A stretch of 64,000 bases of DNA from Corallochytrium limacisporum Hawaii (Eukaryota > Protista > Pluriformea): NCBI GenBank assembly GCA_002811645.1, contig PDIP01000060.1:1-64000 (forward strand), read 5' to 3'. Under the pieces are notes generated by a model. That model searched no databases, was not told the origin of the DNA, and saw only the letters and a list, made by a program, of their open reading frames with translations. The number at the start of each line of letters is the position of its first letter. Position 1 is the stretch's first letter. The translations under genes and the position numbers were made by a program. Shown here piece by piece: positions 21,835 through 31,796 of this stretch.

Positions 21835-23526
21835 ATGGTGAGATTGACCTCGGTGGTGCGCAGCGCTGCGAAGAGCTTCGACTATGTCATCGTCGGCGGC
21901 GGTAGTGCTGGCTGTGTGATGGCAAACCGTCTAAGCTCTGATCCTAATAAGAGCGTCTTGCTGGTCGAAGCGGGATCGGAGGACAAGAGCTTCTTCATTC
22001 ACTTCCCCTGGGGGTACCTGCAGCTGGTGGCCTTCTCCAAGAAGTATAATTGGCAGTTTGAGACTGCACCTGCAGAAAATGCTGGCGGTCGTAAGTTGTA
22101 TTGGCCTCGTGGCAAGGGCCTCGGTGGTTCTTCGTCCATCAACGGCATGGTCTACGTCCGCGGCAACAAGTGGGATTACGACAACTGGGCTGCCCACGGC
22201 TGCCCTGGCTGGGACTACGAGAACATGCTCAAGTGTTTCCGCAGCACCGAGTACCACGCTGAGGGTGCTAACAAGTACCATGGCCACAACTGGCCAGGCG
22301 TCGCGACTACTCCCTACAAGGGCATTGAGTTTAAGCCAACCGTGGCATGGCAGAAGGCCATGATGAACGCAGGTCATAAGTGGAACGATGACTTCAATGC
22401 CGAAGATCAATACGGCGTGGGTGACTATCACACGACGATGTTGGATGCTGAACGATGCTCGACAGCCCGCGGCTTCCTCCATCCCATCCGTGACCGTCCC
22501 AATCTGACCATTATGACCGAACGTCTGTGTGCCAAGGTAAACGTTGAGGGCAACAGGGCCACCGGTGTGGAGCTCCTCAATTCCGGCTCCTCCTCGCAGC
22601 AGACCGAAACCATCAACGCTGGAGAAGTTATTCTCAGCGCCGGCGCCGTGCAGTCCCCTCAGATTTTGCAGCTGTCCGGTATCGGACCGCGCGCGGAACT
22701 TGAACGTCACGGCATTGAAGTGAAGCACCATCTGCCCGGCGTGGGCCAGAATCTCCAAGACCACTACCAAGTCTTCATCAATGCTGAGGTTAACACCGGT
22801 GATAGCATCTGTCTCCACCCTGACTCTTTACCCCGCATGCTCAAGGGTTTCTACGACTACCAAACAAGCAAGACTGGTATGTTAGCGTCCTGGGGACCTG
22901 GCGCTGCCTTCTACAGCACTGATCCTTCTGAACCGGCTCCAGACGTGCAGATTCACTTCGCCCCCGTAAACTACCAAGACCACGGCCGCAAGCTGGCCAT
23001 TCCTCACGGCTGCGCCGTCAGTGTCTGCCCCCTGCGGCCGTACTCTCGCGGCTCGATTGGTCTCAATTCGTCCAATCCACGCGACGCTCCCTTCATTGAC
23101 AGTCAGTACCTGTCTGATCAGCGGGACGAAGAGGTTCTGATGAAGGCTCTGAAGATGCAGCTTGAGGTGTTGCAAGATCCTGTGTTTGACGCTGTCATTT
23201 CCAAGTATCTGGTCCCAACGGAGAATCCCTGCAGTGATGAGGACCTGCGAAAGGTTGTTCGTGAGGCCGGAGAGACACTGTACCACCCGGTTGGCACTAC
23301 AAAGATGGGCAACGATGACATGGCCGTTACCGATCCCAACGGTCTGTCTGTTCACGGGATGACGGGCCTGCGTGTTATCGACGCCTCCATTATGCCATTC
23401 CTGGTCTCTGGCAACACCAACGCTCCGACCATTGCCATCGCTGAAAACGCAGCCAAGATGATGATGGGCGTGGAGTCATTTGTGACTGAGGATTCACAGC
23501 CCGGGGCGCGCGCCGCCGCCGCATAG
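21835..23526 (+). CDS. GMC oxidoreductase, AlkJ-like alcohol dehydrogenase, copy 3
   Basis: Same motifs, 563 aa, colinear with copies 1 and 2. Confidence 0.95.
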   Translation: MVRLTSVVRSAAKSFDYVIVGGGSAGCVMANRLSSDPNKSVLLVEAGSEDKSFFIHFPWGYLQLVAFSKKYNWQFETAPAENAGGRKLYWPRGKGLGGSSSINGMVYVRGNKWDYDNWAAHGCPGWDYENMLKCFRSTEYHAEGANKYHGHNWPGVATTPYKGIEFKPTVAWQKAMMNAGHKWNDDFNAEDQYGVGDYHTTMLDAERCSTARGFLHPIRDRPNLTIMTERLCAKVNVEGNRATGVELLNSGSSSQQTETINAGEVILSAGAVQSPQILQLSGIGPRAELERHGIEVKHHLPGVGQNLQDHYQVFINAEVNTGDSICLHPDSLPRMLKGFYDYQTSKTGMLASWGPGAAFYSTDPSEPAPDVQIHFAPVNYQDHGRKLAIPHGCAVSVCPLRPYSRGSIGLNSSNPRDAPFIDSQYLSDQRDEEVLMKALKMQLEVLQDPVFDAVISKYLVPTENPCSDEDLRKVVREAGETLYHPVGTTKMGNDDMAVTDPNGLSVHGMTGLRVIDASIMPFLVSGNTNAPTIAIAENAAKMMMGVESFVTEDSQPGARAAAA

Positions 23527-24199
23527 ATCCCACGGGATCAATACACATTGGTGTTCGTCTCGGTGGCAACTGTACCATGTTCAATCACTCATCGCACATT
23601 TCCATGCGATCTCGTGGCTACGGGCGAAAGTAAAGAGAGAAATGAGAGAATGAAGTGGCCATCCGCTCGCGGGGGAGATCCGAAACGTAACGGTTTCCAA
23701 GTCCCGCGGCCTCTGATGCCGACTTACCCAAACCAACGGCCCGTGTCGAGACGGAGGCACCCCTCTACGGGGCAGGGGGCGCCTGCTGTATTTGGCAGGA
23801 TATGTTTATTCAATATACCGCATACTCTAAATACATTTTCTTTCCAACCCCATAATTACTAATCTTATTCGCCAATGTCTTTCAATTTATTATACTGTCA
23901 TATTTAAGGTGACCTGCTGCACCATTCGTCACTAGAAACCGCAGGTGTGGGCCGTGTAGTAACCTCATACGCTCGGGAAGGGCCCCGCACCGCTCTACGT
24001 TGATAAAGTGCGTACGTTTACTACCGAAGTGCCCTCCGTGAACTGCCGGGTGCAACGGTATGTCATCAATCGCTTCTCATCACTTTTCGGTTCAGCATAC
24101 CGAAATCAGGTGGCACACTGGTCATTTGCTCTCCTCTCAGTTGAATTTTCGCTTCTTTAGTACTGAATGTATTTCTTCAAGGACCCAACAGATTCCCAT

Positions 24200-24673
24200 T
24201 CTTTCCTTTCCCTCCCGTCCGTGGCCGAACCCAGACCGGAACGAACCCAGCCGGGAACTCCATTTTTTTTTTGGTTCTCCTTTTGCGCCGCTCTCGCCTC
24301 CCTCCCGGGGGGGGGGGTTCTCACCACTGAGACTTTCTGGACCCGGGAGACTGTAGCGAAGGAAAGGACAGGGCCCCCCCACCGCGGGAAGGGGGGGGGT
24401 GTTCTCGCCGGGGCGGGGACTGAAGGGGGCAGAGTTGAGAGAGAGAGTGTGTGTGTGTGTAGAACCGACCGGGGTGTGTGTGTGCGTGTGCTCTCTCAGT
24501 CGGGGACGTCCGCGAGTGGGAGGTGGAGTGGGGAGGGGGGATTGGGGACGGGGTATAAGATTCCCAGACTGCGCGTATTGAAACACCCACACGCACTCGG
24601 TGGCCCCGAACGCAAAAGCGAATCAGGGGAAAGGGGGTGCAGTAACCAAAAACAGAAAAATATTTGAAAGAAA

Positions 24674-24707
<34 letters not shown>

Positions 24708-24800
24708 CTGTTTCCCCCCCGGTGGCTGCGGTGATCGCTGCCTGGCAAAGCCGTGGAGGTCGTGGGGAGCGCCCTCCCCCGTGGGGGGGCGGGGAAGGTA
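24200..24800. repeat. Low-complexity island upstream of copine
   Basis: G runs, (GA)n(GT)n at about 24437-24459, (CT)n at about 24674-24707. Confidence 0.85.
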
Positions 24801-24933
24801 TCGTTGAACTGCCAGTTTGGGACCTAACTGCTTACTGGGGCGGATGGAAAAATTGGTCCGGGAGGAGGAGGGCGTTCGTACGGCGGGCCCGTTTCACCAT
24901 CGGCAAAAGGCCAAAGAGAAAGAGTTAAAAGTA

Positions 24934-25374
24934 TTACCAGAGAATGGATAAATTCAGTAAGAAAGCCAATATGCCGAAGTCAGAGAATAGTGCCTCCGGG
25001 CTCGGCAGGGGACGGCCCATGGATATCACGGATTGCTGCATTGCAACGCTCAGTACAAAATATCCGTATAATTATATCCCGATATATTCTCGATCATATA
25101 GTTGTAATTTAGTGAACAAGGTCACATAATAAGAAATACCGTATGCGGACATTTCGAGGGAATCTCGCGGTAACGACGTCCAGAGTCACACGATTCTGGA
25201 TATTGCAGAACCTGCCAGTTGAGCCAAGCCCAGCATGACAGGCAGCCGCAGATCGTCACGCAGAAGGGAAGCCTCTTTTCTGCATTGGTTCTGTGGTCCC
25301 AGATCCTTAGTGCACGGAATCATCACTTCGTATTTCAAGAGGGAGGTACTCAACAAGTATGCGTGCCATGCCAT
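24934..25374 (-). pseudogene. Possible decayed membrane-protein ORF
   Basis: One minus frame of about 147 codons with only two internal stops and hydrophobic segments (LPVMLGLAQLAGSAISRIV*LW, *LYGYFVLSVAM, FGILAFLLNLSILW). No family recognised. Confidence 0.25.
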
Positions 25375-25513
25375 GTTGCATCGGTGAATTGAAGGCTATG
25401 ATACTGGCAGCATAGTAGAACGTGAATTAGTTTGAACTCATACCGTCTTAGGAACGCAACAGGGGGCCCGCTCAGCAGCAGCACACCACAGCCACCAAGG
25501 ATAGAGACAAGCC

Positions 25514-27265
25514 ATGGAGGAGGCAGATCATGCCCAGATCATGGGCGGAGGCAGTTCTGCCGACTGCGTCAGTCGGGTCGAGCTCACCTTCAGTTGCGAG
25601 AAACTCCTCGATAAGGACACGCTGTCCAAGTCTGACCCACAGGTTATTGTTTACGAAAAGCGAACAGGACCCCAAGGCCAGGAGAGTTGGAAGGAACTGG
25701 GCCGCACTGAAATGGTTAAGGACAATCTGAACCCGGAATTCAAGAAAGAAGTGCTGGTGGACTACCGCTTCGAGGAGATCCAACACATGAGGTTCCTGGT
25801 AGTGGACGTCGACAAGGAAGGTGGCACAGTCCGCGAACAGGATTACCTCGGCGAGCGACTGGTGACGCTGTCTGAGATCATTTGCTGCCCCAATAGCAAG
25901 GCCCGGTACATGCTCATGAAACCGGGCAAGGGCAAGAATGACGATGCCGGGAAGCGCGGTCACATCACTATCCACGCCCACGAGGTCAAAAACGTCGCAT
26001 ATACCGTACACATGTTGCTGACCGGCAGTGGCCTCGATAAAAAGGACACCTTCGGCAAGAGCGATCCGTACGTGGAAATTTTTCGCAAGAACAAGGACGG
26101 CGAATGGGTCAAGATCTTCAAGTCTGAGAAAATCAAGAAGACTTTGAACCCAAGATGGGCACGGATCAGCATGAGCGCGAGTCGTCTTTGTTTTGGGGAC
26201 TGGACTACTCCACTCAGATTTGAGGTATTCGACTATGACAAATCGAGCGACCCAGATCTGATCGGTGTGTGTGAGACAAACCTCGAGGAACTTGGCCAAA
26301 TGGGAGCTGGTGCCTACAAAGAATTGATCAATCCCAAGAAGCAGGCGAAGAAGGGCTCTAAGTACAAGAACAGTGGCGTCCTTAACTTTACGTCGATCGA
26401 GTATGAGAAGAAGCCGACTCTGATTGAGTACTTGCAGGGTGGCTGCGAGATCAACCTTGCCATGGCCATTGATTTCACTGCCAGCAATGGCAACCCGGCG
26501 AATCCACAGTCTCTGCACCATCTGAACATGCAACGCATGAATGAGTACCAGGCCGCCATCCACACTGTTGGCAATGTGCTTGAGCCTTATGACAAGGACC
26601 ATTGGATCCCGGCCTTTGGCTTTGGCGCGGTCCCTCCAAACGCGACGCAGGTGAGCCACTGCTTCCCGCTGACCTTTGACACGCAGCAGTTCTACTGCCA
26701 CGGTATCCGTGGCGTACTTTCGCAATACGCGAACGCCCTGCCCCGTGTCCGCCTGAGCGGACCTACTTTCTTCTCGCAGATCCTGGACGCCTTTAAAGCG
26801 GCCGCCACCCACAACGGGCCCGTTTCTCAGAAGAACCAGCACTACGTAGTTGGGTTGATCATCACGGACGGTGTCATCAACGACATGCAGCCATCCATTG
26901 ATCGCATTATCGAGGCATCCGGATTGCCTCTGAGCATCATCATTGTCGGGGTGGGAGCGGCCGACTTTTCACAGATGGAGCACTTGGACGCAGACGATAC
27001 CCCCTTGCGCGGTAGTAAGGGACAGAAGCCGGAGCGTGACATTGTACAATTTGTGCCCTTCCGTCAGACCGCTTCCTTCGGTCCTGACGGACTTGCGCGT
27101 GAGGTCCTGGCTGAGGTTCCTGGTCAGTTCTTGCAGTTCATGAAGAAGCACGGCATTGAACCCAATCCACCACCCGCAGCGGAAGCGTTTTACAATGAGG
27201 ATGCCCATCGTGACTCAGGCGTGGCTTCGAACGGGGGAGATGAGCTGTACCAAAAGGCGGGATGA
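25514..27265 (+). CDS. CPNE: Copine (C2A-C2B-vWA calcium-dependent phospholipid-binding protein)
   Basis: C2 motifs LLDKDTLSKSDP, GRTEMVKDNLNP, LDKKDTFGKSDPY, KTLNPRW; vWA motifs AIDFTASNG, AFGFGA, LSGPTFF, IITDG, LPLSIIIVGVG, RDIVQFV. Confidence 0.97.
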   Translation: MEEADHAQIMGGGSSADCVSRVELTFSCEKLLDKDTLSKSDPQVIVYEKRTGPQGQESWKELGRTEMVKDNLNPEFKKEVLVDYRFEEIQHMRFLVVDVDKEGGTVREQDYLGERLVTLSEIICCPNSKARYMLMKPGKGKNDDAGKRGHITIHAHEVKNVAYTVHMLLTGSGLDKKDTFGKSDPYVEIFRKNKDGEWVKIFKSEKIKKTLNPRWARISMSASRLCFGDWTTPLRFEVFDYDKSSDPDLIGVCETNLEELGQMGAGAYKELINPKKQAKKGSKYKNSGVLNFTSIEYEKKPTLIEYLQGGCEINLAMAIDFTASNGNPANPQSLHHLNMQRMNEYQAAIHTVGNVLEPYDKDHWIPAFGFGAVPPNATQVSHCFPLTFDTQQFYCHGIRGVLSQYANALPRVRLSGPTFFSQILDAFKAAATHNGPVSQKNQHYVVGLIITDGVINDMQPSIDRIIEASGLPLSIIIVGVGAADFSQMEHLDADDTPLRGSKGQKPERDIVQFVPFRQTASFGPDGLAREVLAEVPGQFLQFMKKHGIEPNPPPAAEAFYNEDAHRDSGVASNGGDELYQKAG

Positions 27266-28104
27266 ACTGTAAAGTACAGACACAGACATGGCTGTCGTCC
27301 GCCGGTGTGCTCAATAGGCCATCCTTTATTATCAAATACAACCACTACCATCTAGGCCCGGACAACCGCCACCATGCCCTCCTACCCCTTCGTAGACGCA
27401 GCACTCGTTCAACGTACGAACGCGGCTATTCTTAGTTTCACTCCATAACTCAATTATTGATCATCTTTGACTTCCGACAGATCAATTGACATCGTCCGCA
27501 TCCACCACCATCCCCATCGTCATCGCTTTCATCATCGTCGGGTGTTTGACAGAGAATGCAATGCACCTTGCACCGACCCGTATCACATGCAACGCCACCC
27601 ACCTCCCTCACGGACCCTAAGCAGGGTTTCAGCTTCCTTTCACTATGTCCCAAGTCAGACACCCAAACAGCTACCATATCACTTGCGGAAAGGGCCACTC
27701 CAAGCACACATCTCGATTGACTCCGTTCATGTCTCATCACAACATAAAACAACAAAAACAACAACAACGCCACCACAAAAACGACGCATGCACAGGTCAC
27801 GCGCCCGAGAGGTGAGCATTGCGGCTAGCTGTTCTTTGAAGCGCGCGAAGTCATTCCGCGGCCAACACAAAAATCACTATCCGAATGTTAAACATAAATG
27901 ATGGGCGAGAAACGAGCGAAAAGAGTAAAGTACACGGAGGAGGAGATCCGCCAGTTGCACTGCGGCCACTGTTCTCGCTCGCTCTCCGTCGTTGGTTCCT
28001 CTCGCTCCGCTTCTCTTGTCCCAAAGGTCGTGAGTTTCTGGCCCATTCGCCGGAAGGGCCCCAGCCACTGGAGGCCGACCGTCGCGCGATCGGTGGGAGC
28101 GGGC

Positions 28105-28400
28105 CGGTGATTGGCTGCAGTGACGTCTGGCGCGGTTGGGAGGAGTAGTAAATGTATTGAAAACACAGGTTTCCTTGATTTTGCAAATATATTCGTATTT
28201 TATTGACCAGCGTAGACCAATTACTATGTGACTCATTTGACGTTTGATTATAGATTTATATTTATCTAAAATTTTAACAATATATTCTCAAATATTTAAA
28301 GCAGTATTTCCCCATTTCCCATATTTTCATTACCAAAAAACAAACTCCGAAAGATTTCTTTATATCAAATCAGATCCTCATGATTTCGCCCCACGGGTGG
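28105..28400. promoter_or_regulatory. Candidate regulatory region upstream of HMG-CoA reductase (CCAAT, CRE-like, AT-rich tract)
   Basis: GATTGG near 28109, TGACGTC at 28121-28127, TGACTCA near 28229, then the most AT-rich stretch of the window. Confidence 0.3.
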
Positions 28401-28449
28401 TGTGCGTGTGTGAAGACCGACAGCCAAAAAGGAATTAGAGGGCGACAGC

Positions 28450-28647
28450 GATAGCGTGAAAGCGGAGGGAGGTCCCCCAACAACTCACACACACGCACAC
28501 GCTCACACCCCTTTCATTCACACACCACTCACTCACTCACACCATACCCAGAGAAAGGACATCGGGGACACACACAATATGGTTGCAGCAGAAGCACAAA
28601 GCGGGGAGAAGAAAACACGGATATTTATTTTGCCGCTCCTTTCTCCA

Positions 28648-28682
<35 letters not shown>

Positions 28683-28960
28683 TCTTTCTCTCTCTCTGTC
28701 TTGTGTCTCTGCCTCTCACTCTTTTACTTTTTTTTTTCTCCTTTTTTTTTTTCCTGTTGGCTCACCTTCCGCAATTGTGTCAGTTTTGCCCACCCCACAC
28801 CATCTTTTGGCTGTGCCATCCTACCTGTGGCAGGGCACAAGGGAAAATGAACCGGTCCTCAAGTACCAAAAGGGAAGGAAAACGGAAGCGAAACGGAAGC
28901 GGCACAAGGCGTGGAGGAGGGGTGGTGGGGGGGGAAAGGGCGGGTTTTGGGGCAAGTATT
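28450..28960. repeat. Low-complexity island upstream of HMGCR
   Basis: CA-rich tract, (CT)n at about 28651-28698, poly-T and poly-G. Confidence 0.85.
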
Positions 28961-29483
28961 GCCATCGGTGCACAAGAAAATCGTTCCTTGTGGACTGATG
29001 TTTGATAGTCTACATTCCGCCGCTTGATCCAATATCGCTTTCCTATGGCCGTGAATGTATGGGATGCCGCATTGTCTTGCCGTTGCGGGATGATGTGATG
29101 TAGCGCTAATCCTAGGGATCGGGTGGACGGTGCGCAGCAAATGGCAAGCGAGGACCGTTTGTTTCCTTTCCTCTGTTCACTCTGGGCGATTTCATCTATC
29201 CCTGTCTCCCAGGCGAAATACGCGTGAAGGAGACATACCGCGGATTTCGAATGCTATTGCACGGACGTGGGATACCTTTAAAGGATTTTTTTTGGATATA
29301 GAGGTATAAGACATGATCTGGTACAGATAAACTCTGACGCACACATTGTGGTCAACAACACCAGTGAGTGTTTGTGTTTAGAGCCTCGTGCAATAGGGAA
29401 TTAGCCTGATCATACAATTATGCAGTGATCAGTTACTGCTCTTAATCCAGTTCAACGAAAACGGAGCTTCATTTCATACAGTA

Positions 29484-31796
29484 ATGTGCCAGGTAACGGA
29501 ACAGTTAGTCCACCATCTGGTCACCAAAGCAGCGTCTCCGTCAGCAGCAGCAAACACCAAGTCTTCGTTATCGAAATTTACATTGGGTGAACATTTCAGA
29601 TTAATCATGACAGAGTTTTTCCATGCCACCATTGGGGCCCTGCTGGCTTCCGTGTTCTATTTCTTGGTTATCATGCCAGTTGCTGCCTCTGTGACCGGCG
29701 AACATGGTGGTATGCCTACAGCTTCCGGGTTGGCGTCCGCATCGTTTGATTTGCTTGAATACTACAATTCGCAGGACATTATGGCTACTGCAGCAGCGGC
29801 ATGTGCAGCTGCATTCTTTGCCGTTTTAAGCATTCGCATCACTGTCAAATCACAGGAAGATCAGCAGCAACAGCAGAAGAAGCAAGCGCATGTTGGCAAG
29901 ATCCAGCACCATGGCACTCCCCATACTTCTCCTCTAAGGCCCTCTCCTTTGAGCAATGCGCATCAACATCAGCGCAACATGACCCCGCAGCCACTGTGGT
30001 CACCTATTGAGGAAAAGCCCAAGATGCACTTGCATCATCCCCACCACCACAACCAGCACCGTCAGAAGAAGACTTCAACATCATCGCAATCATCCGTTTC
30101 GGTACCCGAAGTCAATGTACCCACCACCAAGCCTGCCATCGACCCGTCCGTTCGTGCCAGCCTGCAGGATCAGCTCCGTTCCGGAACGCTGGCCCCCCAC
30201 GCACTCGAGGCCAAGGTCGGCGCCGAGTCCTCGACCATTGGCGCCGCCGTTAGTCTACGTCGCGAGTGGCTGGCTGCGCAGGGGGTTCTGCCAGACGCAG
30301 ATTGCCTTCGTGGCATCCCGCACTCTGAGGAGGCCGAGACACGGCCTGAGCCCGAAATCTACGCCAGGACAAAGGGACAGTGCTGCGAGAATGTTATTGG
30401 TACCATGGCCCTGCCGCTCGGCTATGCAGGACCTGTCACTCTGAACGGCCGGAAATACTTCTTGCCTATGGCCACTACTGAGGGATGCCTCGTGGCCAGT
30501 GTGAGCCGTGGTTGCAAGGCTATTTCCACGTCTACCATTGGTGGTATCAATGTCGGTGCCACCGCTGAGATCACACGTCGTGGTATGACCCGTGCACCTG
30601 TCTTGCGTTTCCCGGATGCGCGCGCCTGTGTTATGGCCTGTCGCTGGCTCGAGTCCGCAGAAGGATTGGTGCGTTGCAGCGCCCTGTTCCGCGAAACGAC
30701 GCGTCACGGCCGTTTGGTGGAGATTCGGTGCCAACCCGCTGGACGTTTGCTCTTTGCCCGTTTCCGTGCCGAGACTGGGGATGCTATGGGTATGAACATG
30801 ATCAGTAAGGGCGTTGAGCACGTTTTGCTCCGCCTGATCCCTCCCAAGACCAAGCTTTCAGAAGATGCTTCAACCTCTGCGTCCTCGTCACGGTCATCGT
30901 CTGACTGCGAGCAGTCGACTTCGCTGCTTGGCCACCCCGCTCTGACCAACGCTGAGATCCTGGCCCTGTCTGGCAACTACTGCTCTGACAAAAAGGCTGC
31001 TGCTACTAACCTGGTCCATGGCCGCGGTCGCAGTGTTGTGGCTGAAGCTATCATCCCTGGTGCTGTGGTGAAGAAGGTCCTGAAGACCACTACCGCAGCC
31101 ATGTGCGAGCTGGCTATGGCTAAGAACCTCGTCGGAAGCGCTGTCGCCGGTTCTTTGGGTGGCTTCAACGCTCACGCCGCGAACATGGTGGCTGCTCTGT
31201 TCATTGCCTGTGGTCAGGACCCCGCCCAGGTTGTGGCCTCGTCCCAGTGCTTTACGCTCATGGAGCCTACCGGATTGAACGGTGAAGATCTCCGCGTAAG
31301 TGTGACGATGCCTTCTGTAGAGGTTGGCGTCGTTGGTGGTGGCACAAATCTGCCCGCCCAGCGCGCATGCCTCCGCATGCTCGGCTGTGCGACTGACCAG
31401 CTGCACCACGACATGCACGATGCTTTGTTGTCCGCCTCTGACTCGGAGAGCAGCAACGACGATTTTGCGCAATCCCTTGCAGCGTCTGCGCGGCCCCGCA
31501 ACCCCGGCGAGGCAGCCGATTCATTTGCCAAGATTGTAGCAGTCTCCGTCATGGCAGGTGAGCTGTCACTGATGGCCAGTCTGGCCGCTGGATCACTGGT
31601 CCGTTCCCATATGATCCACAACCGTAAGCCCGCCGCTGCTCCTGCCACTGCTGCTGCTGCTGCTCCCGCAGCAACAACAACCACTGCATCTGCTACTGAC
31701 GAGGCAGTTCGGGAGGCCATGGCTGGCATGACACCGTGCCAGCCCAACGGTCCAACTGCCGGCGTTGTGGGCACCGAAGCCCCGCGGGCCGGGTAA
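29484..31796 (+). CDS. HMGCR: 3-hydroxy-3-methylglutaryl-CoA reductase, class I
   Basis: CENVIG, PMATTEGCLVAS, GDAMGMNM, SGNYCSDKK, GGFNAHAAN, GQDPAQ, MPSVEVGVVGGGT, GELSL and SHMIHNR (catalytic His); two hydrophobic segments in the N-terminus. Confidence 0.97.
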   Translation: MCQVTEQLVHHLVTKAASPSAAANTKSSLSKFTLGEHFRLIMTEFFHATIGALLASVFYFLVIMPVAASVTGEHGGMPTASGLASASFDLLEYYNSQDIMATAAAACAAAFFAVLSIRITVKSQEDQQQQQKKQAHVGKIQHHGTPHTSPLRPSPLSNAHQHQRNMTPQPLWSPIEEKPKMHLHHPHHHNQHRQKKTSTSSQSSVSVPEVNVPTTKPAIDPSVRASLQDQLRSGTLAPHALEAKVGAESSTIGAAVSLRREWLAAQGVLPDADCLRGIPHSEEAETRPEPEIYARTKGQCCENVIGTMALPLGYAGPVTLNGRKYFLPMATTEGCLVASVSRGCKAISTSTIGGINVGATAEITRRGMTRAPVLRFPDARACVMACRWLESAEGLVRCSALFRETTRHGRLVEIRCQPAGRLLFARFRAETGDAMGMNMISKGVEHVLLRLIPPKTKLSEDASTSASSSRSSSDCEQSTSLLGHPALTNAEILALSGNYCSDKKAAATNLVHGRGRSVVAEAIIPGAVVKKVLKTTTAAMCELAMAKNLVGSAVAGSLGGFNAHAANMVAALFIACGQDPAQVVASSQCFTLMEPTGLNGEDLRVSVTMPSVEVGVVGGGTNLPAQRACLRMLGCATDQLHHDMHDALLSASDSESSNDDFAQSLAASARPRNPGEAADSFAKIVAVSVMAGELSLMASLAAGSLVRSHMIHNRKPAAAPATAAAAAPAATTTTASATDEAVREAMAGMTPCQPNGPTAGVVGTEAPRAG

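Noticed and set aside
25472-26842. 456-aa minus ORF, and similar antisense ORFs over the GMC, HMGCR, coiled-coil and CSC1 genes (e.g. 21931-22818, 61771-62808)
   Set aside because: Shadows of codon bias on the opposite strand of well-supported genes; no motifs.
27898-28110. 70-aa ORF starting MMGEKRAKRVKYTEEEIRQL (HTH-like opening)
   Set aside because: The rest is not protein-like and runs into promoter-like GC sequence.
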